Assembly: GCA_023251095.1 (NCBI GenBank)
Contig: JAHEZL010000001.1
Location: 131,871 to 195,870, forward strand
Direction: 5' to 3'
DNA: 64,000 nucleotides
Source: Flavobacteriales bacterium
GTDB lineage: Bacteria > Bacteroidota > Bacteroidia > Flavobacteriales_C > GCA-002722245
Shown here: in pieces, positions 55,102 to 64,000 of the stretch
Numbering within the stretch: position 1 is the first letter of the stretch
Layout: each line of letters opens with the position of its first letter
Notes under the pieces: generated by a model
Databases searched by the model: none
What the model was told of the DNA's origin: nothing
What the model saw: the letters and a program-made list of their open reading frames with translations, nothing else
Position numbers and translations under genes: made by a program

Positions 55102-56311
55102 TCAACACTTTTTCCACCGAAGTGATCACCGCATTCAAAACCGTATCCACCTGTTTATCGGTGAGTCCGTAATATACCGGCAAAGAAATTTCCCGTTTGT
55201 AATTGTCGTAAGCCACCGGATAATTTTGAATGTCATATCCTTTGTTTTTATAAAACGACATCATCGGTACCGGTTTGAAATGAACATTCACTGCAACCTC
55301 CAGTTTAGAAATTTCTTCAATGATTTTATTGCGTTGCTGCTCGGTAATCCCCTTTATTCTCAATGGAAAAAGATGATAGGAAGTAATTTTATATTCTGTT
55401 TCATAAACAGGCAATTGCGCCCATTCATAGGGTGCTAATGTTTTGGTGTAATGATCAAAAATATTTTTTCGGGCCGGAAGATTTTCATCGTCGTAACGCG
55501 CCAATTCCACCAAGCCGATGGCTGCCTGAATATCGGTCATGTTGCATTTGAACCCTGCGGTGATCACATCATATTCCCATGCTCCTGCTTTTGTTTTACT
55601 AAGCGCATCTTTGGTTTGACCATGCAGCGACCAAACACGCAGCAAATCATAAATTTCATTGTTGTTGAAGGGAGCCGGCAAATTCAAAGCAATAGCGCCA
55701 CCTTCAGCAGTAGTTAAATTTTTCACCGCATGAAAAGAAAACACCGATACATCGGTTAAGCTGCCTGCTTTTGTACCATAATACAAAGCCCCGAAAGAAT
55801 GCGCTGCATCGCTGAGAATTAAAATGCGTCCGAGTTTTTTTTGTTCTTCAGAAACAGCCTGAAATTTTTTGCGGACATCTTCCCTCTTCACCAAATCATT
55901 TAAATCATCGTAATCACAAGGGAAGCCCGAAAAATCCACCGGCATGATCACCTTGGTTTTAGAGGTGATGGCCGCTTCCACATTTTTTAAAGAGATATTA
56001 AAATCATTGGCATTCACATCCACAAAAACAACTGTTGCTCCGCAATGCTCCACTACGTTTGCAGTGGCGCAATAGGTATAGGCAGGTACAATCACTTCAT
56101 CACCAGGCCCAACACCAAACCAGCGCAAGATGAGCTCCAGTCCGGCTGTAGCCGAATTCAAACAAAGTGTTGTTGCATTGCCCGAATAATCCGACAATTG
56201 TTTTTCAAACTCTTTTGTTTTCGGTCCGCTGGTAATCCAACCCGACAACAACACCTCCGTTACAGCGTCAGTAGTTTTTTTATCAATTCGTGGAGGAGAA
56301 AATGGAATCAT
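55094..56311 (-). CDS. DegT/DnrJ/EryC1/StrS family sugar aminotransferase
   Basis: SGWIT.GP, NSATAGL, DAAHSFGA, FSFHAVKNLTTAEGG (PLP Lys), EISLP. Confidence 0.95.
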   Translation of the reverse strand: MIPFSPPRIDKKTTDAVTEVLLSGWITSGPKTKEFEKQLSDYSGNATTLCLNSATAGLELILRWFGVGPGDEVIVPAYTYCATANVVEHCGATVVFVDVNANDFNISLKNVEAAITSKTKVIMPVDFSGFPCDYDDLNDLVKREDVRKKFQAVSEEQKKLGRILILSDAAHSFGALYYGTKAGSLTDVSVFSFHAVKNLTTAEGGAIALNLPAPFNNNEIYDLLRVWSLHGQTKDALSKTKAGAWEYDVITAGFKCNMTDIQAAIGLVELARYDDENLPARKNIFDHYTKTLAPYEWAQLPVYETEYKITSYHLFPLRIKGITEQQRNKIIEEISKLEVAVNVHFKPVPMMSFYKNKGYDIQNYPVAYDNYKREISLPVYYGLTDKQVDTVLNAVITSVEKVLNA

Positions 56312-56324
56312 AGTTTCTGTTTTT

Positions 56325-57395
56325 TTATTTCAACAATGAATTGACAATTGTTTCTCCTGCTTTTCCGCCACCATATAAAGAAGCATCAAAAGTTGATTTT
56401 TTGTTCAGCATCTGCTCCACTCCTGCCACAATTTTTTGAGTGTCGGCACCCGCCAAAACATTGGCACCGGCTTTTACCAGCTCCACCCATTCGGTTTCAT
56501 CGCGCATGGTCACACAATTTTTATCAAAGAAGTAAGCTTCTTTTTGCAAACCGCCTGAATCGGTTACCACCAATGAACATTTTTTAAGCAATTCAATCAT
56601 ATCGAAATAACCCACCGGCGGAATAACAATGCAATTGAGTTTCAAGCCCATTTTTTGAATCACGCCTGTAGTGCGCGGATGCAAAGGAAGAACAACAGGA
56701 ATTTTTTCATTGATTTGATTGATGGCTTCTACAATGTTTTTCAAACGTATAGGGTCGTCCGTGTTTTCCTGACGGTGAATAGTGGCCAGTATGAATTTAT
56801 TCAATTTTTGATCCGCTACAATACTAGATCTTTCTTCCGAAAAAGAAGCGTAGTACAAAGCCGCATCCTGCATAACATCTCCGCTTAGGATTACTTCGGC
56901 GCCAATATTATCATATCCTTCTCTTTTCAGATTTTCTATTGCAGTAGAGGTTGGAGCAAATAACTTATCGGAAATTCTATCGGTTAAAATTCTGTTTATT
57001 TCTTCAGGCATTCTCATGTTGAAACTTCTTAAACCCGCTTCAACGTGCGCAACTTTGATGTGTATTTTTTTTGCTGCCAAGGCTCCGGCAATGGTTGAAT
57101 TGGTATCGCCGTAAACGAGCAAATAATCAGGTTTTTCTTTCAGAAGCACCTCCTCTATTCCTTGCAGCATCTGGCCGGTCATAGCGCCATGCCCGAGGCC
57201 GTTGATGTTTAAATTGTATTTAGGAGTGGGAATGTCCATTTCCGTAAAAAAGATATCCGACATTTTTTCGTCGTAATGCTGTCCGGTGTGCAACAACACT
57301 TCCGAAATATCACTTCTGTTTTTAATAATTCTTGATAGCACGGCGGCTTTAATAAATTGCGGACGGGCACCGATAACGGTCAATATTTTAAGCAT
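56325..57395 (-). CDS. wecB: Non-hydrolysing UDP-N-acetylglucosamine 2-epimerase family (WecB/WbpI-like)
   Basis: GARPQFIKAA, HTGQHY, GDTNST, HVEAGLRS, PEE.NR, HRQEN, TDSGG.QKEA. Confidence 0.9.
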   Translation of the reverse strand: MLKILTVIGARPQFIKAAVLSRIIKNRSDISEVLLHTGQHYDEKMSDIFFTEMDIPTPKYNLNINGLGHGAMTGQMLQGIEEVLLKEKPDYLLVYGDTNSTIAGALAAKKIHIKVAHVEAGLRSFNMRMPEEINRILTDRISDKLFAPTSTAIENLKREGYDNIGAEVILSGDVMQDAALYYASFSEERSSIVADQKLNKFILATIHRQENTDDPIRLKNIVEAINQINEKIPVVLPLHPRTTGVIQKMGLKLNCIVIPPVGYFDMIELLKKCSLVVTDSGGLQKEAYFFDKNCVTMRDETEWVELVKAGANVLAGADTQKIVAGVEQMLNKKSTFDASLYGGGKAGETIVNSLLK

Positions 57396-58599
57396 TGGTA
57401 TTAATTTTTGAAAGCATTAAAAAACAATAGAAAAAACAAAAGTAAATTATTCCGGCTTCAGTTTCTAACATAGATTCTGTTGCGAAACCAATTGAAACAA
57501 TGAGCAGAAAAGCCAGAAAAATCAAATCTCTGCTTTTCCACGATTGATAAAATCCTTGCACCAGCAAGTACAACAACAAAATAAATCCGACAACACCTAT
57601 GGCCAAAGCTATTTGTAAAAACTCATTGTGCGCATTATATTTTTTTTCAAGCTCATAGGGCATAGCATGCGTTTCATAACTTGCATAAAGCGCGTTATTG
57701 GCTTCTCCCCCATAACCTGCCAGTGGTTTTTCGGCAATCAAATCAATAGCTCTTTTCCAAATCAGTTTTCGGGAAGAAGTGGTATCTGAGTACTTGGGAT
57801 TTTCTTTTAAAGAGCTGATAAAAGTGTCGATTCTTTCTTTTAAAACAGGTAAAGAAAAATAGGCCAGCAAAGCGATGGCGGCTACTATTATCAAGGATAA
57901 AAATCCTTTTTTCCATTGACCTGTGGATTTCATATAAATCCCAATGAAAATAAGTGCTATCACAACAATTGCAATGAGCGAAGCCTTAGCGGATAAAAAG
58001 AGTATTCCCACCGCTAAAAGCATGATTGAAAACAACAAAAGCATTTTTATTTTTCGGGAAAAATCCTCAAACAGCAAAAAATACAAAGCCGCGGCAAAAG
58101 CCAGACTCAGATACATGGCATAATATCCCGCATGAATGAAATAGGATAATTTATAGTAAAAAAGAAAGGAGCTGTCACCCGTTGCATTATAGCGATACAA
58201 GCCTACTGCGTAACAAAACAAAATACTGAGTACACAGGAAGTGATGTATACAAAAAACACTTTTTTATAAATTTTACTCCAGTCGGTTGTAGCGTAAAGA
58301 AAAATCAAAGGAAAAAGAAAAAGCGAAATTTTCTGCTCTATTTCAAAGGAATATTTGCCTTGAACTGCAATTCTCAAAACATACAAAACATAAATGGCGG
58401 CCATCGCGAAAAGTGTTTTGTCGCTTTTAATTCTTTGCTTGAACAAAGTAAAACTGCCTGTAAATAAAATCGACAAGGCCAAAGCATACAAGGCAAAAAC
58501 AGCAATGTGTTTATGAAAAGGGAAAATAATTAAAAACAGAAATAGAAATATTTCGCTTACGGAAAGAGAACTCAAATATTTCGATCGACTGTTTTCCAT
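57388..58599 (-). CDS. O-antigen ligase (Wzy_C/WaaL) family membrane protein
   Basis: Multiple TM helices; R..IW..A..LI.EKP..GYG, AHNEFLQ...G..G. Confidence 0.85.
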   Translation of the reverse strand: MENSRSKYLSSLSVSEIFLFLFLIIFPFHKHIAVFALYALALSILFTGSFTLFKQRIKSDKTLFAMAAIYVLYVLRIAVQGKYSFEIEQKISLFLFPLIFLYATTDWSKIYKKVFFVYITSCVLSILFCYAVGLYRYNATGDSSFLFYYKLSYFIHAGYYAMYLSLAFAAALYFLLFEDFSRKIKMLLLFSIMLLAVGILFLSAKASLIAIVVIALIFIGIYMKSTGQWKKGFLSLIIVAAIALLAYFSLPVLKERIDTFISSLKENPKYSDTTSSRKLIWKRAIDLIAEKPLAGYGGEANNALYASYETHAMPYELEKKYNAHNEFLQIALAIGVVGFILLLYLLVQGFYQSWKSRDLIFLAFLLIVSIGFATESMLETEAGIIYFCFFYCFLMLSKINTNA

Positions 58600-59615
58600 T
58601 ATCTGCTCAGGGATTTATGTTTTTTCTCAGGTTTCTTTTTAAGTACCACGAAGTTCAGCACTCCTTTTAAATAACCCGAACCATAACTAAAGTGCAAGAT
58701 AAAGAATGTTGCCGCCACCTTTATTATTTTTCGAAAGTTGAAGCCCACCATACGCGCCGCAAAAAGACAGGCCGATAAAACATACAAACACATGGCAGCT
58801 CCCCACAACAAATTGATTTCGGGAGAAAACAGCGAACCCGCAACACCAAGGATAAACCCGGCTACAAAAAGCGGCGGAATTAATTGTCGGCCGCTGGTTA
58901 CAGCGCCATGCTTTTTATTCACAAAAACCTTCCAGTAACCGTATTGAAAATACTGGCGGTATAATTTAGCATAAGAAGCCCGCACGTAATATTTGGAACG
59001 TATTTTTTGAGAAAGGTAAATTTTAAATCCGCCTTTGATCACTCTGAAATTAAATTCATCGTCCTGGTTTCTCACTAGTTCTTCATCGAAATAGCCCACT
59101 TTTTCAAACACCTCTTTTTTGTAAGCACCAAATGCAACAGTATCTACAAAACCTTCTTTGGTGCCGGTGCGAAAATGCGCGTTACCCACACCAAAGGGCG
59201 ATGACATTGCTGTTGCTATAATTTCAGATGCTGCATCTTCATTCACCTGCTCAATGATGCCTCCGGTACAACCAATTCTTTCATCTATCTTAAATGCCTC
59301 TACCGAGTTTTGTATAAAATCAGGATAGATTTCGGCGTGGGCACCTAAAATAAAATACACATCGACTTGCGCTGCTTTTATACCGGCATTCAAAGCTATT
59401 GGCGTTACAGATGCTTTATTGTTGAGCAAATAAATAAAAGGAAAATCGGCAGCATACCGGGATACAATAGAGCGGGTATTATCGGAACTCATTCCATCCA
59501 CTACAAAAACTTTTAGCAAATCCTTTGGATAATCACAGCCAATGATAGAATCCAAACATTTGGAAATGTATTTTTCTTCGTTGAGACAGGGTATGGTGAT
59601 AGAAACCTTTGTCAT
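58599..59615 (-). CDS. Glycosyltransferase family 2 (ExoA-like)
   Basis: IPCLNEE, VDGMSSD.T, VDTV.FG.Y, NQDDEFN.R, QYFQYGYWK, C-terminal TM helices. Confidence 0.9.
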   Translation of the reverse strand: MTKVSITIPCLNEEKYISKCLDSIIGCDYPKDLLKVFVVDGMSSDNTRSIVSRYAADFPFIYLLNNKASVTPIALNAGIKAAQVDVYFILGAHAEIYPDFIQNSVEAFKIDERIGCTGGIIEQVNEDAASEIIATAMSSPFGVGNAHFRTGTKEGFVDTVAFGAYKKEVFEKVGYFDEELVRNQDDEFNFRVIKGGFKIYLSQKIRSKYYVRASYAKLYRQYFQYGYWKVFVNKKHGAVTSGRQLIPPLFVAGFILGVAGSLFSPEINLLWGAAMCLYVLSACLFAARMVGFNFRKIIKVAATFFILHFSYGSGYLKGVLNFVVLKKKPEKKHKSLSR

Positions 59616-60703
59616 AAGCTATTGTACAGTTCTAATAATTTCTTCTCTTCTATCTTCCAGTTGTATTTTTCCATTACTGCTTTTTTTCCGTTAATTCCCA
59701 TTTGCTCCGCATCTTTGTTCTGAGACAGTATATTCTTTACAGCATTCGCAATTTCTTTAGGATTTTGAGGATCAACGCAAATACCACAGTGATTCAGCTC
59801 AACTATCTCTTTCCATAAAGGAAAATCGGAAGCCACTACAGGAATACCCGCGCTCATGTACTCAAACATTTTAATAGGCAGAGAATCCAAATAATTATCC
59901 TGAGGATGCAGCGTGACTATTCCGACTTTAGAAGAAGACAAAATTTCATAAATTTTTTCACGCCCTACAAAACCAAAATCATTCACATTTTGCCATCCAG
60001 GCAATTGCATTAATTCCTGCTTTAATTCCAGCGGAGAATATTCTCCTGCCATATTTAATTTAGCAGGAATGCCATCCATCGCCTTCACCAACTCTACCAC
60101 ACCTCTTACTTTTGTGATTCCACCAACGTAACACAGTTCTTCTTTTTTTGCATTCCAATCGGTTGAAACAAACTGTTCTCCTATGATAGGATAATTACAA
60201 ATATCAATACAGTTTTTATTGCTTTTTAAAAAGCGTTCTCTAATATGCGGTGTAGCTGCAACAATAAAATCCATCCTGCGGGCAACATAATTTTCAAAAA
60301 TCTCAAATGCAGAAGCAATACTTTTTCTCAGATACTTATTGATCCAATATTTCCCTAGTATTTGTCGGGGAACATCTTCATGCACATCATAAATCACTTT
60401 TTTGCCTTTGCGTTTTAATGCCAATGCAAATCGCAAAAGCTCAGGATCGTGAAAATGATACACATCGGCCTCTATCGTCAATACCTCTTGAAAAACAGCT
60501 TTTGCCGCTTTCGACATTCTTGAAAAACGCCCCCCTACCGAAACCTCAACTCCAATCACTTTCACTCCGTTAATTGTTTCTGTTTTGCAGTTTGCTGCAA
60601 CTAAGGTCACATCATGTCCGGCAGAAGCCAAAGAGCTGCATTCTTTCAAAAAGATGCGAACATCATTGCTCTTATGAGCAGAGGTATATTGACAGATTTT
60701 CAT
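59612..60703 (-). CDS. Glycosyltransferase family 4
   Basis: H...DVRIF.KE, HFHDPEL, YDVHED, P.KMFEYM.AG.PVVASD. Confidence 0.92.
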   Translation of the reverse strand: MKICQYTSAHKSNDVRIFLKECSSLASAGHDVTLVAANCKTETINGVKVIGVEVSVGGRFSRMSKAAKAVFQEVLTIEADVYHFHDPELLRFALALKRKGKKVIYDVHEDVPRQILGKYWINKYLRKSIASAFEIFENYVARRMDFIVAATPHIRERFLKSNKNCIDICNYPIIGEQFVSTDWNAKKEELCYVGGITKVRGVVELVKAMDGIPAKLNMAGEYSPLELKQELMQLPGWQNVNDFGFVGREKIYEILSSSKVGIVTLHPQDNYLDSLPIKMFEYMSAGIPVVASDFPLWKEIVELNHCGICVDPQNPKEIANAVKNILSQNKDAEQMGINGKKAVMEKYNWKIEEKKLLELYNSL

Positions 60704-61734
60704 ATTCGCGGAGAAAGCAGTTTATCGTACAATGAAAAAAACTTCTTTTTATTTGCCTCTTTTGTCCCGTGCTCCTCAATAATTTTTTTATTGAGAACAG
60801 ATGCCTTTGCGACATCTGTTTTTACTGCTTCCGAAAAAAAGTCGGAATTGATATTTTCAACAACATAGCCGTTTTCCTTATCATTGATCCATTCACGATT
60901 TGCGGGCAAACCAGATACCACCGGCAAACACCCGCAAGCCATTGCCTCCAATAAACTAATAGCCGTAGCATCACTCTCAGGAACCGAAACAAAAATTTTC
61001 GCTTTGGAATACCACTGGGCATTTACCTTTTTATCTACCCAACCCACAAATTCAGCTTTCACATTCAAGAGCTTCGCCAGCGATTTTAAGCTCTCGGTTT
61101 CTTCTCCGGTTGCAGCAATAACCAATCGCCAGTTTTGTTGCTCCGGAAATTTTGAAAACGCATGGATAACCTTATCAATCCTGTATAATTTTTTATGCAG
61201 ACGATTGGAATAAATAATGTTTTCTTTTTCAGCATTCACCGGCTCTATGCCTATTCCGAAATTAGCGATAAGAATATCCAACTTTTTCTCAGGAGAAAGT
61301 CTACGCATTTCTTCAGCCATAAACTTTGAATCGGAAGTAAATGCATCTGCATTTTTTAAATTGTACTGAACCATTTTCTTCAACCAAAAACTTTTACCGG
61401 GCGATAAAAGAATATCGCTTCCCCAGGCTGTTACTATTTTTGGTGCAGAATAATTTTTCAATCCCCTCAATGCGTAAAAAGCATAAGAGTTGGCCTGATG
61501 AATATGAATGATATCGGGTTTAAATTCTTCCGCGATCTTTCTTATTTGAGAAGGTGTTTTGAAATAAGTGGAAATATTTTTGAGGGAAAAATCCAACTCG
61601 ACAGCATCAAAATCCCAGTCTTTATTTTTTTTATTGGTGATTACTTTGATCTCACTAAAATAAGGCGCTATCAGCTTATAAAAATTATAGGCATGGGCAG
61701 TCCCCGAGGATATGAGTAAAAGCCTAGGCTTCAC
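60700..61734 (-). CDS. Glycosyltransferase family 4
   Basis: PDIIH.H, WGSDI, SLLEAMACG..PV. Confidence 0.9.
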   Translation of the reverse strand: MKPRLLLISSGTAHAYNFYKLIAPYFSEIKVITNKKNKDWDFDAVELDFSLKNISTYFKTPSQIRKIAEEFKPDIIHIHQANSYAFYALRGLKNYSAPKIVTAWGSDILLSPGKSFWLKKMVQYNLKNADAFTSDSKFMAEEMRRLSPEKKLDILIANFGIGIEPVNAEKENIIYSNRLHKKLYRIDKVIHAFSKFPEQQNWRLVIAATGEETESLKSLAKLLNVKAEFVGWVDKKVNAQWYSKAKIFVSVPESDATAISLLEAMACGCLPVVSGLPANREWINDKENGYVVENINSDFFSEAVKTDVAKASVLNKKIIEEHGTKEANKKKFFSLYDKLLSPRI

Positions 61735-62947
61735 TGTTTACAATTTTATGGAGGTTAGCAAAAAATAGGGCGGCCATTAAACAATAAATCAATAAAAGAT
61801 TTTGATCACTAAATGGATTATTGGTAATGGATGCAATTATAAAAACCAAAGTATATAAAAATAAATTCAGCGCCTCTTTGTGTTTTAAGTATTTATAGGT
61901 GACGCGGAAAGGATAAGCCATTATCGACAGCAGCACCAATAATCCGGCAAAACCATAACGCCAGCAATACAAAACATATTCACTCTCAGGATATAATTTT
62001 CTGCTGTAAAAAAAATCTTTTGAAGGAGCATAACCCAGTAAAGGTTTTTCTTTAATCATCTCCCATAAATACAGCCAGATGGCCAATCGCCCTTTTACCG
62101 AATTTGTTTTCACCACTCCCTTGCCCAGCACAGTAACATAAGTATTACCCATTTTAACAACAAAGAAAAACAAAAGCAAAACCGGGATGAAAGTGATAAG
62201 ATATTCTTTCCATTGGTATTGGTTGTTTAAAGCCAGAATTAGACACACCGGAACGAAGGCAATCAATGCGGTTCTCGACTGCGCCGAAAACAAACCCAAA
62301 ACGGCTAAAAGGAAAAATATTTTTTCGGTTATAGTAGATTGCTTTACCGGAAAAAAGAAAATCACAAAAAACAGAAAGAGAATAGCATTATTGTTTGGAT
62401 TAGAAGCCGTGCCCACTATACGCTTCGTTGCCTCTCCACCTTCCGAATCAAAACCAAAAAAAATGATATGTGTTTCCGAACAATAATAAGGCATGATCTT
62501 ATTGTTAAAATCCATCCAGTTGAAATAGTGCAGCACATTAAATGCACATACCAAAACAAAAACCAATCTTACAATGAACACGATATTGATCTGATCAATG
62601 TAGGCTGTCAGAAACAATAGGAAAATCAAATATTTAAACACTTTAAAGACTTCAAAATAATCATTCAAAAAACCTAAACGGCCATTTACCGCAATCGATA
62701 AAAACATTACTCCCAGCAGTAAACCCCAAAACAAAACATAAGTGCTTATTTTTTTAAAAGCCGCTTGCGGAAATTTCAACAGCAACAACAAACAAATAAA
62801 AGGAAGCATAATTTCGGCAACCTGAATCTTGGGAAGTGATGGTACTATAGGAAGCGGAGGCAACAGAAAAACAGAAAATATAAAAATGCAGGTAAGGACT
62901 TGTGCCGATTTATTTATGAACTGCTGTGACTGAAAATTCAAATCCAT
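61724..62947 (-). CDS. O-antigen polymerase/ligase (Wzy-like) membrane protein
   Basis: Multiple TM helices; R..GT..NPN..A, SRT, R..IW......I.EKPL.GY. Confidence 0.8.
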   Translation of the reverse strand: MDLNFQSQQFINKSAQVLTCIFIFSVFLLPPLPIVPSLPKIQVAEIMLPFICLLLLLKFPQAAFKKISTYVLFWGLLLGVMFLSIAVNGRLGFLNDYFEVFKVFKYLIFLLFLTAYIDQINIVFIVRLVFVLVCAFNVLHYFNWMDFNNKIMPYYCSETHIIFFGFDSEGGEATKRIVGTASNPNNNAILFLFFVIFFFPVKQSTITEKIFFLLAVLGLFSAQSRTALIAFVPVCLILALNNQYQWKEYLITFIPVLLLFFFVVKMGNTYVTVLGKGVVKTNSVKGRLAIWLYLWEMIKEKPLLGYAPSKDFFYSRKLYPESEYVLYCWRYGFAGLLVLLSIMAYPFRVTYKYLKHKEALNLFLYTLVFIIASITNNPFSDQNLLLIYCLMAALFFANLHKIVNSEA

Positions 62948-62956
62948 TCTTATTTA

Positions 62957-64000
62957 TTAGCGCTTAAAAGTAATCATTTCTTCTTCCTGCAAATTATTAT
63001 TATTTGGAATAAAGTAATACCAAAGCATTGTGAAAATCAACAAGGCACTGCAGAAAAAAGTCATTAAATAAAATGCGAGGATATAATCTTCATAAATACC
63101 GCCAATCACCAAACTTGCAAACCTTAACACCGAATCCACAATGGTAAGAACAAAAGCCTGCTTTTGCTTTCCATACACCAAAGGAGTGCAGGAAACCGGA
63201 GAAACCAAAAAATTCATAAACAGCCACGGCGTCATGATTTGAGCGATGTCGCCGGCCTCTTTCCATTGCGCTCCAAAAACAAAAGAAAAAATTTCAGGAG
63301 TAAATAAAAACAAAACAAAAAAGAAAGGAAAACCGATGATAAACACTTTTTTATAAACACTTAAAATCAATGGTTTTACGTCTTTCCCCTCATTTTTCAT
63401 CGCAGCCATTTTTTGGTAAGTCACCTGAAAAAATGCCGATCCTATTAAACCCACCGGTGCTTTAAGCATGCGGAAAGCCAAAGAATAAAATCCTACTATT
63501 GGCGCGAAAAAATAATACGACAAAACGAAAACAACGCCATTGTTTTGAAAAGAATCCAAAAAGGCATGTGGTGTATTCACCACAGCAAAATTCTTGTATT
63601 CAATCATTACTTCCTTCATTCCTTTCCAACTCACCTTTTGGGTAAAAGAAGAAAAAGGAAGCATTTTTTTATAGGCCAGTAGAATAAAACCGATGAGCAA
63701 TCCCGCCGTCAAACCCAGTATCAGTCCGCCTGAAGTATACACTAAGAAACCACACACTATTGAAATTCCCGAGTTAACAACAACTGTTGCTACTCTACCC
63801 ACCGAATTGTTTAGGAAAGTTTTTTGTCGCGACGACCAGTAATTAAACGCTGCATAAGCACCCGTAAGAAATACGGCCGGCGGTGCCAGATAAAACCAAT
63901 TGTTGAAATACACATTCTTGTCGGTAACAGGAAGCGCTATATCATAAATCACAATCACCAAAAACGTAAGAAGTCCCGCTGCTATTGAAAACAAAAGAGA
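62957..64000 (-). CDS. Polysaccharide flippase (Wzx), 5' end outside the window
   Basis: VG.YSLA.R....P..LIG.A..QV, FG.QW..AG; frame is open to the window edge. Confidence 0.85.
   Translation of the reverse strand, partial: SLLFSIAAGLLTFLVIVIYDIALPVTDKNVYFNNWFYLAPPAVFLTGAYAAFNYWSSRQKTFLNNSVGRVATVVVNSGISIVCGFLVYTSGGLILGLTAGLLIGFILLAYKKMLPFSSFTQKVSWKGMKEVMIEYKNFAVVNTPHAFLDSFQNNGVVFVLSYYFFAPIVGFYSLAFRMLKAPVGLIGSAFFQVTYQKMAAMKNEGKDVKPLILSVYKKVFIIGFPFFFVLFLFTPEIFSFVFGAQWKEAGDIAQIMTPWLFMNFLVSPVSCTPLVYGKQKQAFVLTIVDSVLRFASLVIGGIYEDYILAFYLMTFFCSALLIFTMLWYYFIPNNNNLQEEEMITFKR

Overview
Chromosomal core-genome segment of an AT-rich Bacteroidota (Flavobacteriales-like) bacterium. Support for this: TAnnTTTG promoter elements, a short RpoD-type sigma factor, a T9SS PorD-like gene and a T9SS C-terminal sorting domain, and the bamD-rpoZ-coaBC-porD gene order. 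It holds about 56 protein-coding genes: recN, purC, phoH, sigma-70, an ABC-F ATPase, a DEAD-box helicase, parC/parE, transaldolase, coaBC, rpoZ, bamD, pyrD, ispH, comEC, lpxB, surE, two two-component systems, type II glutamine synthetase, ligA, ttcA, and the distal end of a surface-polysaccharide cluster. I saw no rRNA, tRNA, CRISPR array, transposase, integrase or phage gene. The most notable signals are: (1) three separate families of intergenic palindromic REP/REPIN/MITE-like elements with nested hairpins; (2) a 487-aa protein that reads as a PncC(CinA)-like plus NadD-like fusion with altered catalytic residues; (3) a BamD about twice the usual length, apparently from tandem amplification of its C-terminal module; (4) a 54-bp promoter duplication bracketing an orphan lipoprotein upstream of parE; (5) a TPR-kinase/LytTR pair with 21-bp-periodic repeats facing a vWA lipoprotein; (6) a cytochrome P460-type lipoprotein and a small lipoprotein missing from the ORF track. 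All family assignments come from motif recognition by eye; no searches were run.
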